Virus record (IMG/VR): IMGVR_UViG_2778261574_000008
Location: 1-32,400 of that record
Direction: 5' to 3' (one strand)
From: a virus
Taxonomy: Duplodnaviria; Heunggongvirae; Uroviricota; Caudoviricetes
Length of the DNA stretch: 32,400 nucleotides
Each line of letters starts with the position of its first letter. The stretch's first letter is position 1. Under the pieces are notes generated by a model. It ran no database searches and had not been told where the DNA came from. It saw only the letters and a list, made by a program, of their open reading frames with translations. A program made the position numbers and the translations under genes. This document shows, one piece after another, positions 7,492-16,621 of the stretch.

Positions 7492-7801
7492 GTTGACCTC
7501 CGATGAAACAACTTTGGAATTGATAGTGATTGCAAAGTGGTTTCTGGCCCCTCGAACTGAGGGGCAGAAAGAGCATCTCGCCACCTAATAGGTCAATGCT
7601 CGGATCGAGAGATTTAATTAACCTCGGTTTTGAAGTTATGCATTCACATAAATCCTCCTGTTGCATGTGCAGCATTGGCTGTGTTTGGCGGCTGCATTTC
7701 GCCTATGGAATTGACTTTGGCGGTGACGCGCCGGGTGCTTATCTTCCGGTTGCCGTCGTGCAGCTGCACTTCACGTCACCCCAAAGCCAACTACTCTTTG
7801 G

Positions 7802-7844
7802 TTCCCGCATTTCGGCGGGACAATCCCATCAATGTTAAAGAGCC
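7802..7844 (-). promoter_or_regulatory. nutL (boxA GCTCTTTAACA plus boxB hairpin UCCCGCCGAAAUGCGGGA)
   Basis: On the minus strand boxA precedes a 6-bp-stem hairpin; the identical boxA and boxB pair recurs at the nutR position after cro. Confidence 0.55.
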
Positions 7845-7884
7845 TGCCAATCTGTTCCGTTTGGCTTCCAGCGTCCTGCTGATG

Positions 7885-7975
7885 GCTTAAATTTAAGATC
7901 TCTTTAATTAATGGTCAAGAGTATTTTTGAAGAAAACTTAAATTTTCTTTCGTAACTTAAGTTTGGCTTTGATTT
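7885..7975 (-). promoter_or_regulatory. pL / OL: leftward early promoter with P22-type operator sites
   Basis: Operator-like inverted repeats of the P22 c2 type (ATTTAAGATCTCTTTAAT at 7891-7908; TAACTTAAGTTT). Candidate minus-strand promoter TTGACC-17 bp-TAAATT overlaps the first operator, about 40 nt upstream of nutL. Confidence 0.45.
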
Positions 7976-7982
7976 TTAAAGG

Positions 7983-8009
7983 AAATAAAAAAAAGGGGCG
8001 AATGCCCCC
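7983..8009 (-). terminator. Intrinsic terminator immediately after c2
   Basis: GC hairpin GGGGC-GAAT-GCCCC followed on the minus strand by an 8-T run, directly after the c2 stop. Confidence 0.5.
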
Positions 8010-8660
8010 TTATGGAAGGTTTGCTAGTTTTGCATCGACAACTACGCCGATGATTTTGCAGTTTCCGTTGATCTCGATCATCGGATATTGTGGGTTAAGT
8101 GGTTTTAGAAACTTCCTGCCTGCATCAATAACTAACTTCTTGAAAGTTGCCTCGTTTTCTCCTTCGAGCTTTGCAACTACCAGTTTCCCGTTACGCGGCT
8201 CTACTTCAGGATCGACGAGTATTATCATTCCTTCAGGGATACTGAGACCGGCCGGAGCCGTCATTGAGTCTCCCTTCACGTCCAACCAAAACGAATCTTC
8301 TGAACAGTCTACGGTTGTATCGTACCAGTTATCTATTGCACGCTTATGATATGGTTCTACAGCTTCCATCCAGCATCCTGCGCTCACCCAGCTAATCAGA
8401 GGGTATGACCCTCTTGGATCATGCCTACTGTGATAGGCAATGTTTGAAAGACTTTCCTCTCCTTTCATCAGATAGTCAGGGGAACACTTCAACGCATTAG
8501 CCAGGGCGAGAAGATTCTCTCCATTTGGCTCTGTCTCAGAGCGTTCCCACTGAGATATGGCAACATTAGACACGCCGACCATCTTTCCAAGTGCGGCCTG
8601 CCTGATCTTGAGTTCTTTTCTCCGAGCGCGAATGCGCTCTCCCATCAATTGAGTTTTCAT
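8010..8660 (-). CDS. c2: Prophage repressor, P22 C2 / lambda CI family (HTH plus S24 LexA-like peptidase domain)
   Basis: 216 aa; near-identical by recollection to P22 C2 (MNTQLMGERIRARRKKLKIRQAALGKMVGVSNVAISQWERSE ...); divergent from cro across an operator region. Confidence 0.9.
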   Translation of the reverse strand: MKTQLMGERIRARRKELKIRQAALGKMVGVSNVAISQWERSETEPNGENLLALANALKCSPDYLMKGEESLSNIAYHSRHDPRGSYPLISWVSAGCWMEAVEPYHKRAIDNWYDTTVDCSEDSFWLDVKGDSMTAPAGLSIPEGMIILVDPEVEPRNGKLVVAKLEGENEATFKKLVIDAGRKFLKPLNPQYPMIEINGNCKIIGVVVDAKLANLP

Positions 8661-8740
8661 AGTTAAGACATCTTAAATAAACTTGACTTAAGATTCCTTT
8701 AGTGGATAATTTAAGTGTTCTTTAATTTCGGAGCGAGTCT
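8661..8740 (+). promoter_or_regulatory. OR / pR (and pRM) region: three P22-type operators and the rightward promoter
   Basis: Three 18-bp A-T-AAG-N4-CTT-A-T type sites (8663-8678, 8685-8702, 8709-8726); pR candidate TTGACT (8683-8688)-17 bp-ATAATT (8706-8711). Confidence 0.6.
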
Positions 8741-8926
8741 ATGTACAAGAAAGATGTTATCGACCACTTCGGAACCCAGCGTGCTGTAGCTAAAGCGTTA
8801 GGCATTAGCGACGCAGCAGTCTCTCAGTGGAAGGAAGTCATCCCAGAGAAAGACGCCTATCGACTGGAAGTCGTTACAGCTGGCGCCCTGAAGTATCAAG
8901 AAAGCGCTTACCGCAAAGCGGCATAA
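8741..8926 (+). CDS. cro: Cro repressor (P22-type)
   Basis: 61-aa HTH protein divergent from c2, directly downstream of pR. Confidence 0.8.
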   Translation: MYKKDVIDHFGTQRAVAKALGISDAAVSQWKEVIPEKDAYRLEVVTAGALKYQESAYRKAA

Positions 8927-8932
8927 GCAAAT

Positions 8933-8977
8933 TGCTCTTTAACAGTCATGGTCCTCATTCCCGCCGAAATGCGGGAA
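8933..8977 (+). promoter_or_regulatory. nutR (boxA TGCTCTTTAACA plus boxB hairpin)
   Basis: boxA at 8933-8944; hairpin TCCCGC-CGAAAT-GCGGGA at 8959-8976, identical to the nutL boxB. Confidence 0.55.
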
Positions 8978-9034
8978 TACAACGCGCATAAGTTGATGCG
9001 CATAACTTCTTATTTGTTAAGGAAATACTTACAT

Positions 9035-9328
9035 ATGGTTCGTGCAAACAAACGCAACGAGGCTCTAAGAATCGAGAGTGCGTTGCTTAACAAAATCGCA
9101 ATGCTTGGAACTGAGAAGACAGCGGAAGCTGTGGGGGTTGATAAGTCGCAGATCAGCAGGTGGAAGAGGGACTGGATTCCAAAGTTCTCAATGCTGCTTG
9201 CTGTTCTTGAATGGGGTGTCGTCGACGACGACATGGCTCGATTGGCACGACAAGTTGCTTCGATTCTCACCAATAAAAAACGCCCGGCGGCAACCGAGCG
9301 TTCTGAACAAATCCAGATGGAATTCTGA
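9035..9328 (+). CDS. c1: CII-like transcriptional activator (P22 C1)
   Basis: 97 aa from [35 protein letters not shown]..., matching my recollection of P22 C1; the ORF-track start at 8948 would run through nutR and is rejected. Confidence 0.8.
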   Translation: MVRANKRNEALRIESALLNKIAMLGTEKTAEAVGVDKSQISRWKRDWIPKFSMLLAVLEWGVVDDDMARLARQVASILTNKKRPAATERSEQIQMEF

Positions 9329-9360
9329 GGTCATTACTGGATCAATCCACAGGAGTCATT

Positions 9361-9507
9361 ATGACAAAACAACTCAGTCCTTACCAGGACAAAATTCACA
9401 AACACATACTACGTGATCGCTTCCTGTCCAGCTTCAAGCAGCCTGGTCGATTCCGGGCTGAGTTGGAAAAAGTGAAGCTGATGCAGAAGGAGAAAGGTCA
9501 TGAGTAA
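9361..9507 (+). CDS. Hypothetical small protein (48 aa) between c1 and the replication genes
   Basis: Stop overlaps the ATG of the O-like gene; basic composition. Below the ORF-track cutoff. Confidence 0.35.
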   Translation: MTKQLSPYQDKIHKHILRDRFLSSFKQPGRFRAELEKVKLMQKEKGHE

Positions 9508-10360
9508 TCTTGCAACCGTAACACATTTAAGGCCTTCACAACGGCCTGTGGAGCGTCGTGTGGCAGAAGTTGAAGATGGTTATACCCGTCTTGCAAATGC
9601 CCTGTATGAAGAGCTTATCGGCGCAGATTTAACTAAAAATCAGAGCAAGGTTGCCCACGCCATATGCCGTAAAACATACGGCTACGGTAAAAAGATGGAT
9701 CGCATCTCTGATAGTCAGTTAGCTCAAATTACCAGGCTGCCAAGACAGAAGGTAAACAAGGCCAAGAATGAGCTTATCGCGATGAAGGTTATCCTTCGCG
9801 AAGGCCAGCAAATCGGGCCTAACAAGAACATCGAGGAATGGCAAATCGAAGGGTGTCACTACTCTGGTGATAATGTCACTGCATTGGTGACAAAAAGTGT
9901 CACCAAAACGGTGACAGCGCTGTCACCAAAACAGGGACACACAAAAGAAACTATTACAAAAGAAAAAAGAAATAATAAAAACACTATGTCCGAAAGTGTT
10001 CGGACGGAGTGTGAAAAATCACCTGACCGTCACGAAGAAACCGACAAGGCATTCGAGGAAATATTCTGGTGTGCAGGCATGCGGAAAGCCGGGAAGAAAA
10101 ACGCAGCTTCGGCATTCAGAACACAGTTCAGGGAATGGCGTAAAACTACCAAGGGTACGGCAAGCGAGTTTGCCACGATGCTGGCAGAAGACATCGCATG
10201 CAGGAATGGTAAGCAGTTCGGATTCGACAGGTTGTTACCATCGAGCTACCTGAACGGTCAGCGCTGGAACGACGAAAAGCCAGAAACCATTCAACCACAA
10301 TCCAAACCATCATCCGCAATCACCGTATCGAAAACTGGCTACGTGTTTTTCGACAGGTGA
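9500..10360 (+). CDS. Replication initiation protein, lambda O-like
   Basis: 286 aa at the O position; N-terminal region resembles phage replication protein O; iteron-type origin embedded mid-gene. Confidence 0.65.
   Translation: MSNLATVTHLRPSQRPVERRVAEVEDGYTRLANALYEELIGADLTKNQSKVAHAICRKTYGYGKKMDRISDSQLAQITRLPRQKVNKAKNELIAMKVILREGQQIGPNKNIEEWQIEGCHYSGDNVTALVTKSVTKTVTALSPKQGHTKETITKEKRNNKNTMSESVRTECEKSPDRHEETDKAFEEIFWCAGMRKAGKKNAASAFRTQFREWRKTTKGTASEFATMLAEDIACRNGKQFGFDRLLPSSYLNGQRWNDEKPETIQPQSKPSSAITVSKTGYVFFDR
9851..10007 (+). repeat. Putative origin of replication inside the O-like gene (iterons plus A/T-rich tract plus palindrome)
   Basis: Repeated GTGTCAC / GGTGACA units at 9851-9933, an A-rich tract at 9934-9985, then inverted repeat GTCCGAA-AGTG-TTCGGAC at 9988-10005. 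Confidence 0.5.
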
Positions 10361-10363
10361 ACC

Positions 10364-10471
10364 ATGAAATCAAAAATCAAATCGCTACTGGTCGCTGGTT
10401 ATAACCACGGCTGGTTAAGTATTTCGTTTGTCGATTTCTGGTTTAAAAATCTCAATCTGAGGGAATCATGA
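10364..10471 (+). CDS. Hypothetical small protein (35 aa), translationally coupled to the primase-helicase
   Basis: Stop TGA overlaps the downstream ATG (ATGA). Very short; weak support. Confidence 0.3.
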   Translation: MKSKIKSLLVAGYNHGWLSISFVDFWFKNLNLRES

Positions 10472-12348
10472 CGCCAAGTGAACTTAGCGACCTGCTTTGG
10501 GCGCAGGTTGACAGGGTGGCTCCGCACCTGTTGCCAAACGGCAAGAAAGAGGGGCATGAGTGGGTTGCCGGTAACGTCAACGGTGACAAGGGAAACAGCC
10601 TTAAGGTCAACCTTAGCGGCAAGAAAAAATGGGCTGATTTCGCTGAGGGAGACGGCGGTGACATGCTTGATTTGTGGATGGCATGTCGTGGAATTAACCT
10701 GCATCAGGCTATGCAGGAAGCGAAAGCATTTCTCGGTATCAAGGATGACGATCACCATTTCGATGCCAGACGTGAGAAGAAATTCTCCAGACCTGATCGC
10801 AAGAAAATCGCCCGCTACGTTACCAGAACAGAATCCCATCTTGAGTACCTGCAATCGCGTGGCATATCGCCAGAAATCGTAAAGCGCTACGAGGTTGTCA
10901 GCGGCAAGGTGTGGAATGGAGAGCGAGAACTGGATGCTCTGGTGATTCCGTACAAACGCGATGGTGAGTTGTTGCAGGTCAAGCGAATCAGCACTGAGCG
11001 CCCGGACGGGAAGAAAGTCATTATGGCAGAAGGTGATTGCGAACCTTGTCTGTTCGGATGGCAGGCTCTGGACGCTGGCGTGAGGGCGGTTGTACTTTGC
11101 GAAGGCGAAATTGATTGTATGAGCTATGCGCAATACGGCATCTCGGCGTTATCCGTGCCGTTTGGTGGAGGGAAAGGCGCTAAGCAACAGTGGATTGAGT
11201 TTGAGTATCACAACCTCGACAGGTTTGAGGAAATATTCATCTCGATGGACGTTGATGATGTTGGTCGTGAAGCCGCAAGGGAAATCGCAAGCCGACTCGG
11301 TGAACATCGTTGCCGTCTTGTTACTCTGCCGTACAAAGACATCAACGAATGCCTGATGAACGGTGTTACCGAGGATGAAATCTGGCAGTACATCGGCACG
11401 GCATCCTACTTCGATCCTGAAGAACTCTACAGTGCGCGAGAGTTTTACCAGGACACTATCAACGCTTTCTACGGCAAGCAGCAGTATCTGTTTAATCCAC
11501 CGTGGGAATCTCTGGCAGATAAATTCCAGTTCCGTGAGGCAGAGTTGACGCTGGTCAATGGTGTGAACGGTCACGGAAAAACGGAGGTTGTCGGGCATAT
11601 GGCACTTGAGGCAATGCGTCAGGGTGTGAAGACGTGCATCGCGTCACTTGAGCTGAAGCCAGGCATTCTTCTTAAGCGACTTACCCGTCAGGCGACGTGC
11701 TGCAAGATGCCGCCAGTGCTGGAAATTGACTCTGCATTTAAATTTTATGACGAAAGACTTTGGGTGTTTGGCCTGACCGGAACGGCGAAAGCCGACAGGC
11801 TGATCGAAATATTCGACTACGCTCGCCGCCGATACGGCATCCAGTTATTCATCATCGACAGCCTGATGAAATGTGGCATAGGCGACGATGACTATAACGG
11901 GCAGAAGGCGTTTGTTGACTCGATTTGCGACTTCAAAAACAAAACAAACTCCCACGTCATTCTCGTTACTCACTCGCGAAAAGGAGACAGCGAAGAAAAA
12001 CCAACCGGGAAAATGGACGTAAAAGGCTCTGGAGCGATAACAGACCTGACAGACAACCTTTTCATCATATGGCGTAACAAGGCTCGCGAGAGAGCGTTAC
12101 AGAGAGTTCAGAGTGGTGAAAAAATGTCAGAGAAGGACGAACAGCTACTGGCATCTCCGGCATCTGTTTTGATGCTTGAAAAACAACGTAACGGCGAAGG
12201 TTGGGAAGGTGGTGTCCCGTTGTTCCTTGACGAGCAATCGCACCAGTTCCTGCAACTTGAATCAGGATCTCCATATAGCTACATCGCCAATATGCCGAAA
12301 TCGGAATATGACGAGGCGTGGCGACAGGAAAACGTGACGGAGTATTAA
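10468..12348 (+). CDS. Bifunctional DNA primase / replicative helicase (Toprim domain plus RecA-like NTPase domain)
   Basis: 626 aa; Toprim motif VVLCEGEIDCMSYAQ; Walker A GVNGHGKTE; Walker B-like LFIIDSL; occupies the P / DnaB-like gene 12 slot after O. Confidence 0.75.
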   Translation: MTPSELSDLLWAQVDRVAPHLLPNGKKEGHEWVAGNVNGDKGNSLKVNLSGKKKWADFAEGDGGDMLDLWMACRGINLHQAMQEAKAFLGIKDDDHHFDARREKKFSRPDRKKIARYVTRTESHLEYLQSRGISPEIVKRYEVVSGKVWNGERELDALVIPYKRDGELLQVKRISTERPDGKKVIMAEGDCEPCLFGWQALDAGVRAVVLCEGEIDCMSYAQYGISALSVPFGGGKGAKQQWIEFEYHNLDRFEEIFISMDVDDVGREAAREIASRLGEHRCRLVTLPYKDINECLMNGVTEDEIWQYIGTASYFDPEELYSAREFYQDTINAFYGKQQYLFNPPWESLADKFQFREAELTLVNGVNGHGKTEVVGHMALEAMRQGVKTCIASLELKPGILLKRLTRQATCCKMPPVLEIDSAFKFYDERLWVFGLTGTAKADRLIEIFDYARRRYGIQLFIIDSLMKCGIGDDDYNGQKAFVDSICDFKNKTNSHVILVTHSRKGDSEEKPTGKMDVKGSGAITDLTDNLFIIWRNKARERALQRVQSGEKMSEKDEQLLASPASVLMLEKQRNGEGWEGGVPLFLDEQSHQFLQLESGSPYSYIANMPKSEYDEAWRQENVTEY

Positions 12349-12425
12349 ATGACCATCTACATCACTGAGCTAATAACATGCCTGCTGGTAATCGCAGGCC
12401 TTTTTATTTGGGGGAGAGGGAAGTC

Positions 12426-12866
12426 ATGAAAAAACTAACCTTTGAAATTCGATCTCCAGCACATCAGCAAAACGCTATTCACGCAGTACAGCAAATTCTT
12501 CCAGACCCAACCAAACCAATCGTAGTAACCATTCAGGAACGCAACCGCAGCTTAGACCAGAATCGAAAGCTTTGGGCTTGCCTTGGTGACGTCTCTCGTC
12601 AGGTTGAATGGCATGGTCGCTGGCTGGATGCAGAAAGCTGGAAGTGTGTGTTTACCGCAGCATTAAAGCAGCAGGATGTTGTTCCTAACCTTGCCGGGAA
12701 TGGCTTTGTGGTAATAGGTCAGTCAACCAGCAGGATGCGTGTAGGCGAATTTGCGGAGCTATTAGAGCTTATACAGGCATTCGGTACAGAGCGTGGCGTT
12801 AAGTGGTCAGACGAAGCGAGACTGGCTCTGGAGTGGAAAGCGAGATGGGGAGATCGGGCTGCATGA
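12426..12866 (+). CDS. ninB: NinB recombination protein
   Basis: 146 aa from MKKLTFEIRSPAHQQNAIHAVQQILPDPTKPIVVTIQERNRSLDQNRKLWA..., matching lambda NinB by recollection. Confidence 0.85.
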   Translation: MKKLTFEIRSPAHQQNAIHAVQQILPDPTKPIVVTIQERNRSLDQNRKLWACLGDVSRQVEWHGRWLDAESWKCVFTAALKQQDVVPNLAGNGFVVIGQSTSRMRVGEFAELLELIQAFGTERGVKWSDEARLALEWKARWGDRAA

Positions 12867-13390
12867 CTATCAAATCAAATACGCCAGCACACGACAAGGA
12901 CTGCTGGCAAACGCCGCTTTGGCTTTTTGATGCGCTGGATATTGAGTTTGGATTCTGGCTGGATTCAGCTGCGAGCGACAAAAATGCTCTGTGTGCTCAC
13001 TGGCTAACTGAGGCCGACGACGCGCTCAATTCTGAGTGGGTAAGCCACGGTGCAATCTGGAATAACCCACCGTACAGCAATATCAGGCCGTGGGTGGAAA
13101 AAGCCGCTGAGCAGTGCATACAACAGCGACAGACGGTAGTTATGCTTGTGCCAGAGGATATGTCAGTCGGATGGTTCAGCAAGGCTCTGGAGAGTGTCGA
13201 CGAAGTTCGCATTATCACTGATGGACGGATTAATTTTATCGAACCATCGACAGGGCTGGAGAAGAAGGGAAACAGCAAAGGCTCCATGCTGCTGATTTGG
13301 CGACCGTTCATCAGTCCTCGACGGATGTTTACTACCGTATCCAAAGCGGCATTGATGGCGATCGGGCAGGGCGTCAGGAGGGCGGCATGA
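12863..13390 (+). CDS. Phage Dam-like DNA N6-adenine methyltransferase (orphan)
   Basis: 175 aa from MTIKSN (ATGA overlap with ninB); contains the N6-adenine methyltransferase catalytic motif NPPY; replaces ninC/ninD of lambda. Confidence 0.7.
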   Translation: MTIKSNTPAHDKDCWQTPLWLFDALDIEFGFWLDSAASDKNALCAHWLTEADDALNSEWVSHGAIWNNPPYSNIRPWVEKAAEQCIQQRQTVVMLVPEDMSVGWFSKALESVDEVRIITDGRINFIEPSTGLEKKGNSKGSMLLIWRPFISPRRMFTTVSKAALMAIGQGVRRAA

Positions 13391-13569
13391 GACGACAGCG
13401 ACGAAGTATCACCGACATAATCTGCGAAAACTGCAAATACCTTCCAACGAAACGCTCCAGAAATAAACGCAAGCCAATCCCAAAAGAATCTGATGTAAAA
13501 ACCTTCAACTACACGGCTCACCTGTGGGATATCCGGTGGCTAAGACATCGTGCGAGGAATACAAGGTGA
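13387..13569 (+). CDS. ninE: NinE
   Basis: 60 aa [23 protein letters not shown]..., matching lambda NinE by recollection. Confidence 0.8.
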   Translation: MRRQRRSITDIICENCKYLPTKRSRNKRKPIPKESDVKTFNYTAHLWDIRWLRHRARNTR

Positions 13570-13736
13570 TTGACCCAAATCGAAGTTACGAACAAGAAAG
13601 CGTCGAGCGGGCTTTAACGTGCGCTAATTGCGGTCAGAAGCTGCATGTGCTGGAAGTTCACGTATGTGAGCACTGCTGCGCAGAACTGATGAGCGATCCG
13701 AATAGCTCAATGTACGAGGAAGAAGACGATGGCTAA
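13566..13736 (+). CDS. ninF: NinF (zinc-finger-like small protein), probable GTG start
   Basis: [38 protein letters not shown]... matches lambda NinF; GTG at 13566 overlaps the ninE stop. An alternative ATG at 13524 would add 14 aa. Confidence 0.7.
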   Translation: MIDPNRSYEQESVERALTCANCGQKLHVLEVHVCEHCCAELMSDPNSSMYEEEDDG

Positions 13737-14340
13737 ACCAGCGCGAAGACGATGTAAAAACGGTGAATGTCGGGAATGGTTTCACCCTGCATTCGCTAAT
13801 CAGTGGTGGTGCTCTCCAGAGTGTGGAACAAAGATAGCACTCGAACGACGAAGTAAAGAACGCGAAAAAGCGGAAAAAGCAGCAGAGAAGAAACTACGAC
13901 GAGAGGAGCAGAAACAGAAAGATAAACTGAAGATTCGAAAACTCGCCTTAAAGCCCCGCAGTTACTGGATTAAACAAGCCCAACAAGCCGTAAACGCCTT
14001 CATCAGAGAAAGAGACCGCGACTTACCATGTATCTCGTGCGGAACGCTCACGTCTGCTCAGTGGGATGCCGGACATTACCGGACAACTGCTGCGGCACCT
14101 CAACTCCGATTTGATGAACGCAATATTCACAAGCAATGCGTGGTGTGCAACCAGCACAAAAGCGGAAATCTCGTTCCGTATCGCGTCGAACTGATTAACC
14201 GCATCGGGCAGGAAGCAGTAGACGAAATCGAATCAAACCATAGCCGCCATCGCTGGACTATCGAAGAGTGCAAGGCGATCAAGGCAGAGTACCAACAGAA
14301 ACTCAAAGACCTGCGAAATAGCAGAAGTGAGGCCGCATGA
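13729..14340 (+). CDS. ninG: NinG (Rap) recombination-promoting endonuclease
   Basis: 203 aa with Cys clusters, position and sequence as in lambda NinG. Confidence 0.85.
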   Translation: MAKPARRRCKNGECREWFHPAFANQWWCSPECGTKIALERRSKEREKAEKAAEKKLRREEQKQKDKLKIRKLALKPRSYWIKQAQQAVNAFIRERDRDLPCISCGTLTSAQWDAGHYRTTAAAPQLRFDERNIHKQCVVCNQHKSGNLVPYRVELINRIGQEAVDEIESNHSRHRWTIEECKAIKAEYQQKLKDLRNSRSEAA

Positions 14341-14543
14341 CGTTCTCAGTAAAAACCATTCCAGACATGCTCGTTGAAGCATACGGAAACCAGACAGAAG
14401 TAGCACGCAGACTGAAATGTAGTCGCGGCACGGTAAGAAAATACGTTGATGATAAAGACGGGAAAATGCACGCCATCGTCAACGACGTTCTCATGGTTCA
14501 TCGCGGATGGAGTGAAAGAGATGCGCTATTACGAAAGAATTGA
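14337..14543 (+). CDS. ninH: NinH
   Basis: 68 aa [37 protein letters not shown]..., HTH-like, as in lambda NinH. Confidence 0.85.
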   Translation: MTFSVKTIPDMLVEAYGNQTEVARRLKCSRGTVRKYVDDKDGKMHAIVNDVLMVHRGWSERDALLRKN

Positions 14544-15192
14544 TGGCAGCAAATACCGAAATGTTTGGGTAGTTGGCGATCTGCACGGATGCTACACGAA
14601 CCTGATGAAAAAACTGGAGACGATAGGATTCGACACCAAAAAAGACCTGCTTATCTCGGTTGGCGATTTGGTCGATCGCGGTACAGAGAACGTTGAATGC
14701 CTGGAATTAATCACATTCCACTGGTTCAGAGCTGTACGTGGAAACCATGAGCAAATGATGATTGATGGCTTATCAGAGCGCGGAAACGTCAATCACTGGC
14801 TGCTTAATGGCGGTGGCTGGTTCTTTAATCTCGATTACGACAAAGAAATTCTGGCTAAAGCTCTTGCCCATAAAGCAGATGAACTTCCGTTAATCATCGA
14901 ACTGGTGAGTAAAGATAAAAAATATGTCATCTGCCACGCCGATTATCCTTGTGACGAATACGAGTTTGGAAAGCCAGTTGATCATCAGCAGGTAATCTGG
15001 AACCGCGAACGAATCAGCAACTCACAAGACGGGATCGTGAAAGAAATCAAAGGCGCGGACACGTTCATCTTTGGTCATACGCCAGCAGTGAAACCACTCA
15101 AGTTTTCCAACCAGATGTATATCGATACCGGCGCAGTGTTCTGCGGAAACCTCACATTGATTCAGGTACAGGGAGAAGGCGCGTGGGCATAA
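14521..15192 (+). CDS. ninI: Ser/Thr protein phosphatase NinI (lambda PPase, calcineurin-like metallophosphatase)
   Basis: 223 aa from MRYYERIDG; metallophosphatase motifs GDLHG, GDLVDRG, GNHE; overlaps the ninH end as in lambda. Confidence 0.85.
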   Translation: MRYYERIDGSKYRNVWVVGDLHGCYTNLMKKLETIGFDTKKDLLISVGDLVDRGTENVECLELITFHWFRAVRGNHEQMMIDGLSERGNVNHWLLNGGGWFFNLDYDKEILAKALAHKADELPLIIELVSKDKKYVICHADYPCDEYEFGKPVDHQQVIWNRERISNSQDGIVKEIKGADTFIFGHTPAVKPLKFSNQMYIDTGAVFCGNLTLIQVQGEGAWA

Positions 15193-15701
15193 GAGAACTA
15201 AACCTCACCAAAGAGCAGCACGAGTGGCTGAATGGCTGGCTTGAACTGTGGGGCGCATGGGTTTATTCAGGTCGTCTGGAAAAGCGCATGAGCAGCGTAA
15301 TAGCGAAGTTCATGGAGAGCGTAGAGCCGGGAAGAGTTATGACAAGGCCAATGTGCAATGATGATGATGGAATGTTGATTTCTCAGGTCGTCGATTCCGT
15401 CATGTACATTGACAAAAAAGCCTTTGGCATCCTCCTCAGCTACTACGCTCATGGTTCATCTAAGCGAGCAATTGCATCCTACTATCACGCGACTGCAAAG
15501 CCACGCAAGATGTGTGGACGTGGTGGCGAGGGATGGAGAAAACCTTCACTGGCAACCTGTAGAAACGAAATTGACGACATCCTGAAAGCGTCATTATTTG
15601 TTTTGTACCAACCAATGCAAAATGCTTTCAAAATGCGTAAACGTGTTGAGAAAGTTAAGCATGTTGCTGTTAAAAACCTTGACATGCAATTAGCCATTTA
15701 G
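15183..15701 (+). CDS. Q: Late-gene antiterminator Q (non-lambda, phage 82 / 21-like type)
   Basis: 172 aa at the Q position between nin and lysis; motifs WGAW and CNDDDG resemble 82-type Q proteins; unlike lambda Q. Confidence 0.65.
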   Translation: MGIRELNLTKEQHEWLNGWLELWGAWVYSGRLEKRMSSVIAKFMESVEPGRVMTRPMCNDDDGMLISQVVDSVMYIDKKAFGILLSYYAHGSSKRAIASYYHATAKPRKMCGRGGEGWRKPSLATCRNEIDDILKASLFVLYQPMQNAFKMRKRVEKVKHVAVKNLDMQLAI

Positions 15702-15708
15702 CCATAAT
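15679..15708 (+). promoter_or_regulatory. Candidate late promoter pR' overlapping the 3' end of Q
   Basis: Perfect -35 TTGACA (15679-15684), 18-bp spacer, -10 CATAAT (15703-15708). Confidence 0.45.
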
Positions 15709-15719
15709 TAGAGGGTAAG

Positions 15720-15764
15720 CTGCCGTTAGTGACTCTTAAGTTGCAACGGTGGCTTTTTTGTTTG
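15720..15764 (+). terminator. Possible tR'-like terminator (imperfect hairpin plus T-run) downstream of pR'
   Basis: GCCGTT ... AACGGTGGC followed by TTTTTTGTTTG; stem is weak. Confidence 0.3.
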
Positions 15765-16297
15765 CACAACAGGTAAGAGCATTGAACCCGCAGACCTCGC
15801 GGAATTGGTGAAAGGTGCCGCGCAGTGCTCTTATCGTTGTGGTGAATACGCAGGCTGATGCGTTAATCAGGTGAACGAGACACCCGCCGGTCCGTGATAT
15901 GGCACACCGTGCCGGTCATATCTGCCGCGGTTAGGTTTACGAGGATTTCGTAAAGCTGGTCTAGGGTGAAGCCGTGAAAGCGGAGGAAGTAAAACGAGGC
16001 GTCGGTACACGCCTATCGTCATTAAGTCGGAGTTCAGCACCGACCGCCACAACCCAAACTGGGCCGTAGCCACTGGCTATCCTGAATTCATCAGTGATAG
16101 TTATGCTGCGGCTTTCTACACATGACCTTCGTGAAAGTGGGTGGCAGGAGGTTGCGCTAACAACCTCATGCCGTTTTGCCCGTGCATATCGGTCACGAAC
16201 AAATCTGATTACTAAACACAGTAGCCTGGATTTGTTCTATCAGTAATCGACCTTATTCCTAATTAAATAGAGCAAATCCCCTTATTGGGGGTAAGAC

Positions 16298-16621
16298 ATG
16301 AAGATGCCAGAAAAACATGACCTGTTAGCCGCCATTCTCGCGGCAAAGGAACAAGGCATCGGGGCAATCCTTGCGTTTGCAATGGCGTACCTTCGCGGCA
16401 GATATAATGGCGGTGCGTTTACAAAAACAGTAATCGACGCAACGATGTGCGCCATTATCGCCTGGTTCATTCGTGACCTTCTCGACTTCGCCGGACTAAG
16501 TAGCAATCTCGCTTATATAACGAGCGTGTTCATCGGCTACATCGGTACTGACTCGATTGGTTCGCTTATCAAACGCTTCGCTGCTAAAAAAGCCGGAGTA
16601 GAAGATGGTGGAAATCAATAA
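16298..16621 (+). CDS. S: Holin S (class I; dual-start S107 antiholin / S105 holin)
   Basis: 107 aa, essentially identical by recollection to lambda S, including the Met1-Lys2-Met3 dual start. Confidence 0.9.
   Translation: MKMPEKHDLLAAILAAKEQGIGAILAFAMAYLRGRYNGGAFTKTVIDATMCAIIAWFIRDLLDFAGLSSNLAYITSVFIGYIGTDSIGSLIKRFAAKKAGVEDGGNQ

Noticed and set aside
7192-7584. 130-aa version of the N ORF
   Set aside because: The extension would run through the hairpin element and lacks a Shine-Dalgarno; MTVVITY at 7491 has a GGAGG Shine-Dalgarno and matches the N family N-terminus.
7463-7890. ORFs of 70-102 aa on both strands across the pL leader (7463..7675 minus; 7530..7838 and 7630..7890 plus)
   Set aside because: They overlap nutL, the N start and regulatory hairpins, have no ribosome-binding sites and odd composition; the region is better explained as untranslated leader.
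8948-9034. N-terminal extension of the c1 ORF (126-aa version)
   Set aside because: It would start inside nutR; the family start [11 protein letters not shown] at 9035 fits the known 90-100 aa size.
10399-11133. 244-aa minus-strand ORF inside the primase-helicase gene
   Set aside because: Antisense to a well-supported gene with clear ATPase and Toprim motifs; low-complexity composition and no ribosome-binding site. Typical spurious antisense frame.
12997-13521. 174-aa minus-strand ORF opposite the methyltransferase and ninE
   Set aside because: Antisense to two recognisable genes; Ser-rich low-complexity product.
15702-16297. tRNA genes or toxin cargo between Q and S
   Set aside because: No cloverleaf-compatible sequence (no GTTCGAATC-type T-arm with matching acceptor stem) and no ORF with start context. 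The only ORF of 60 aa or more is a 68-aa antisense frame with Pro/Arg-rich low complexity.
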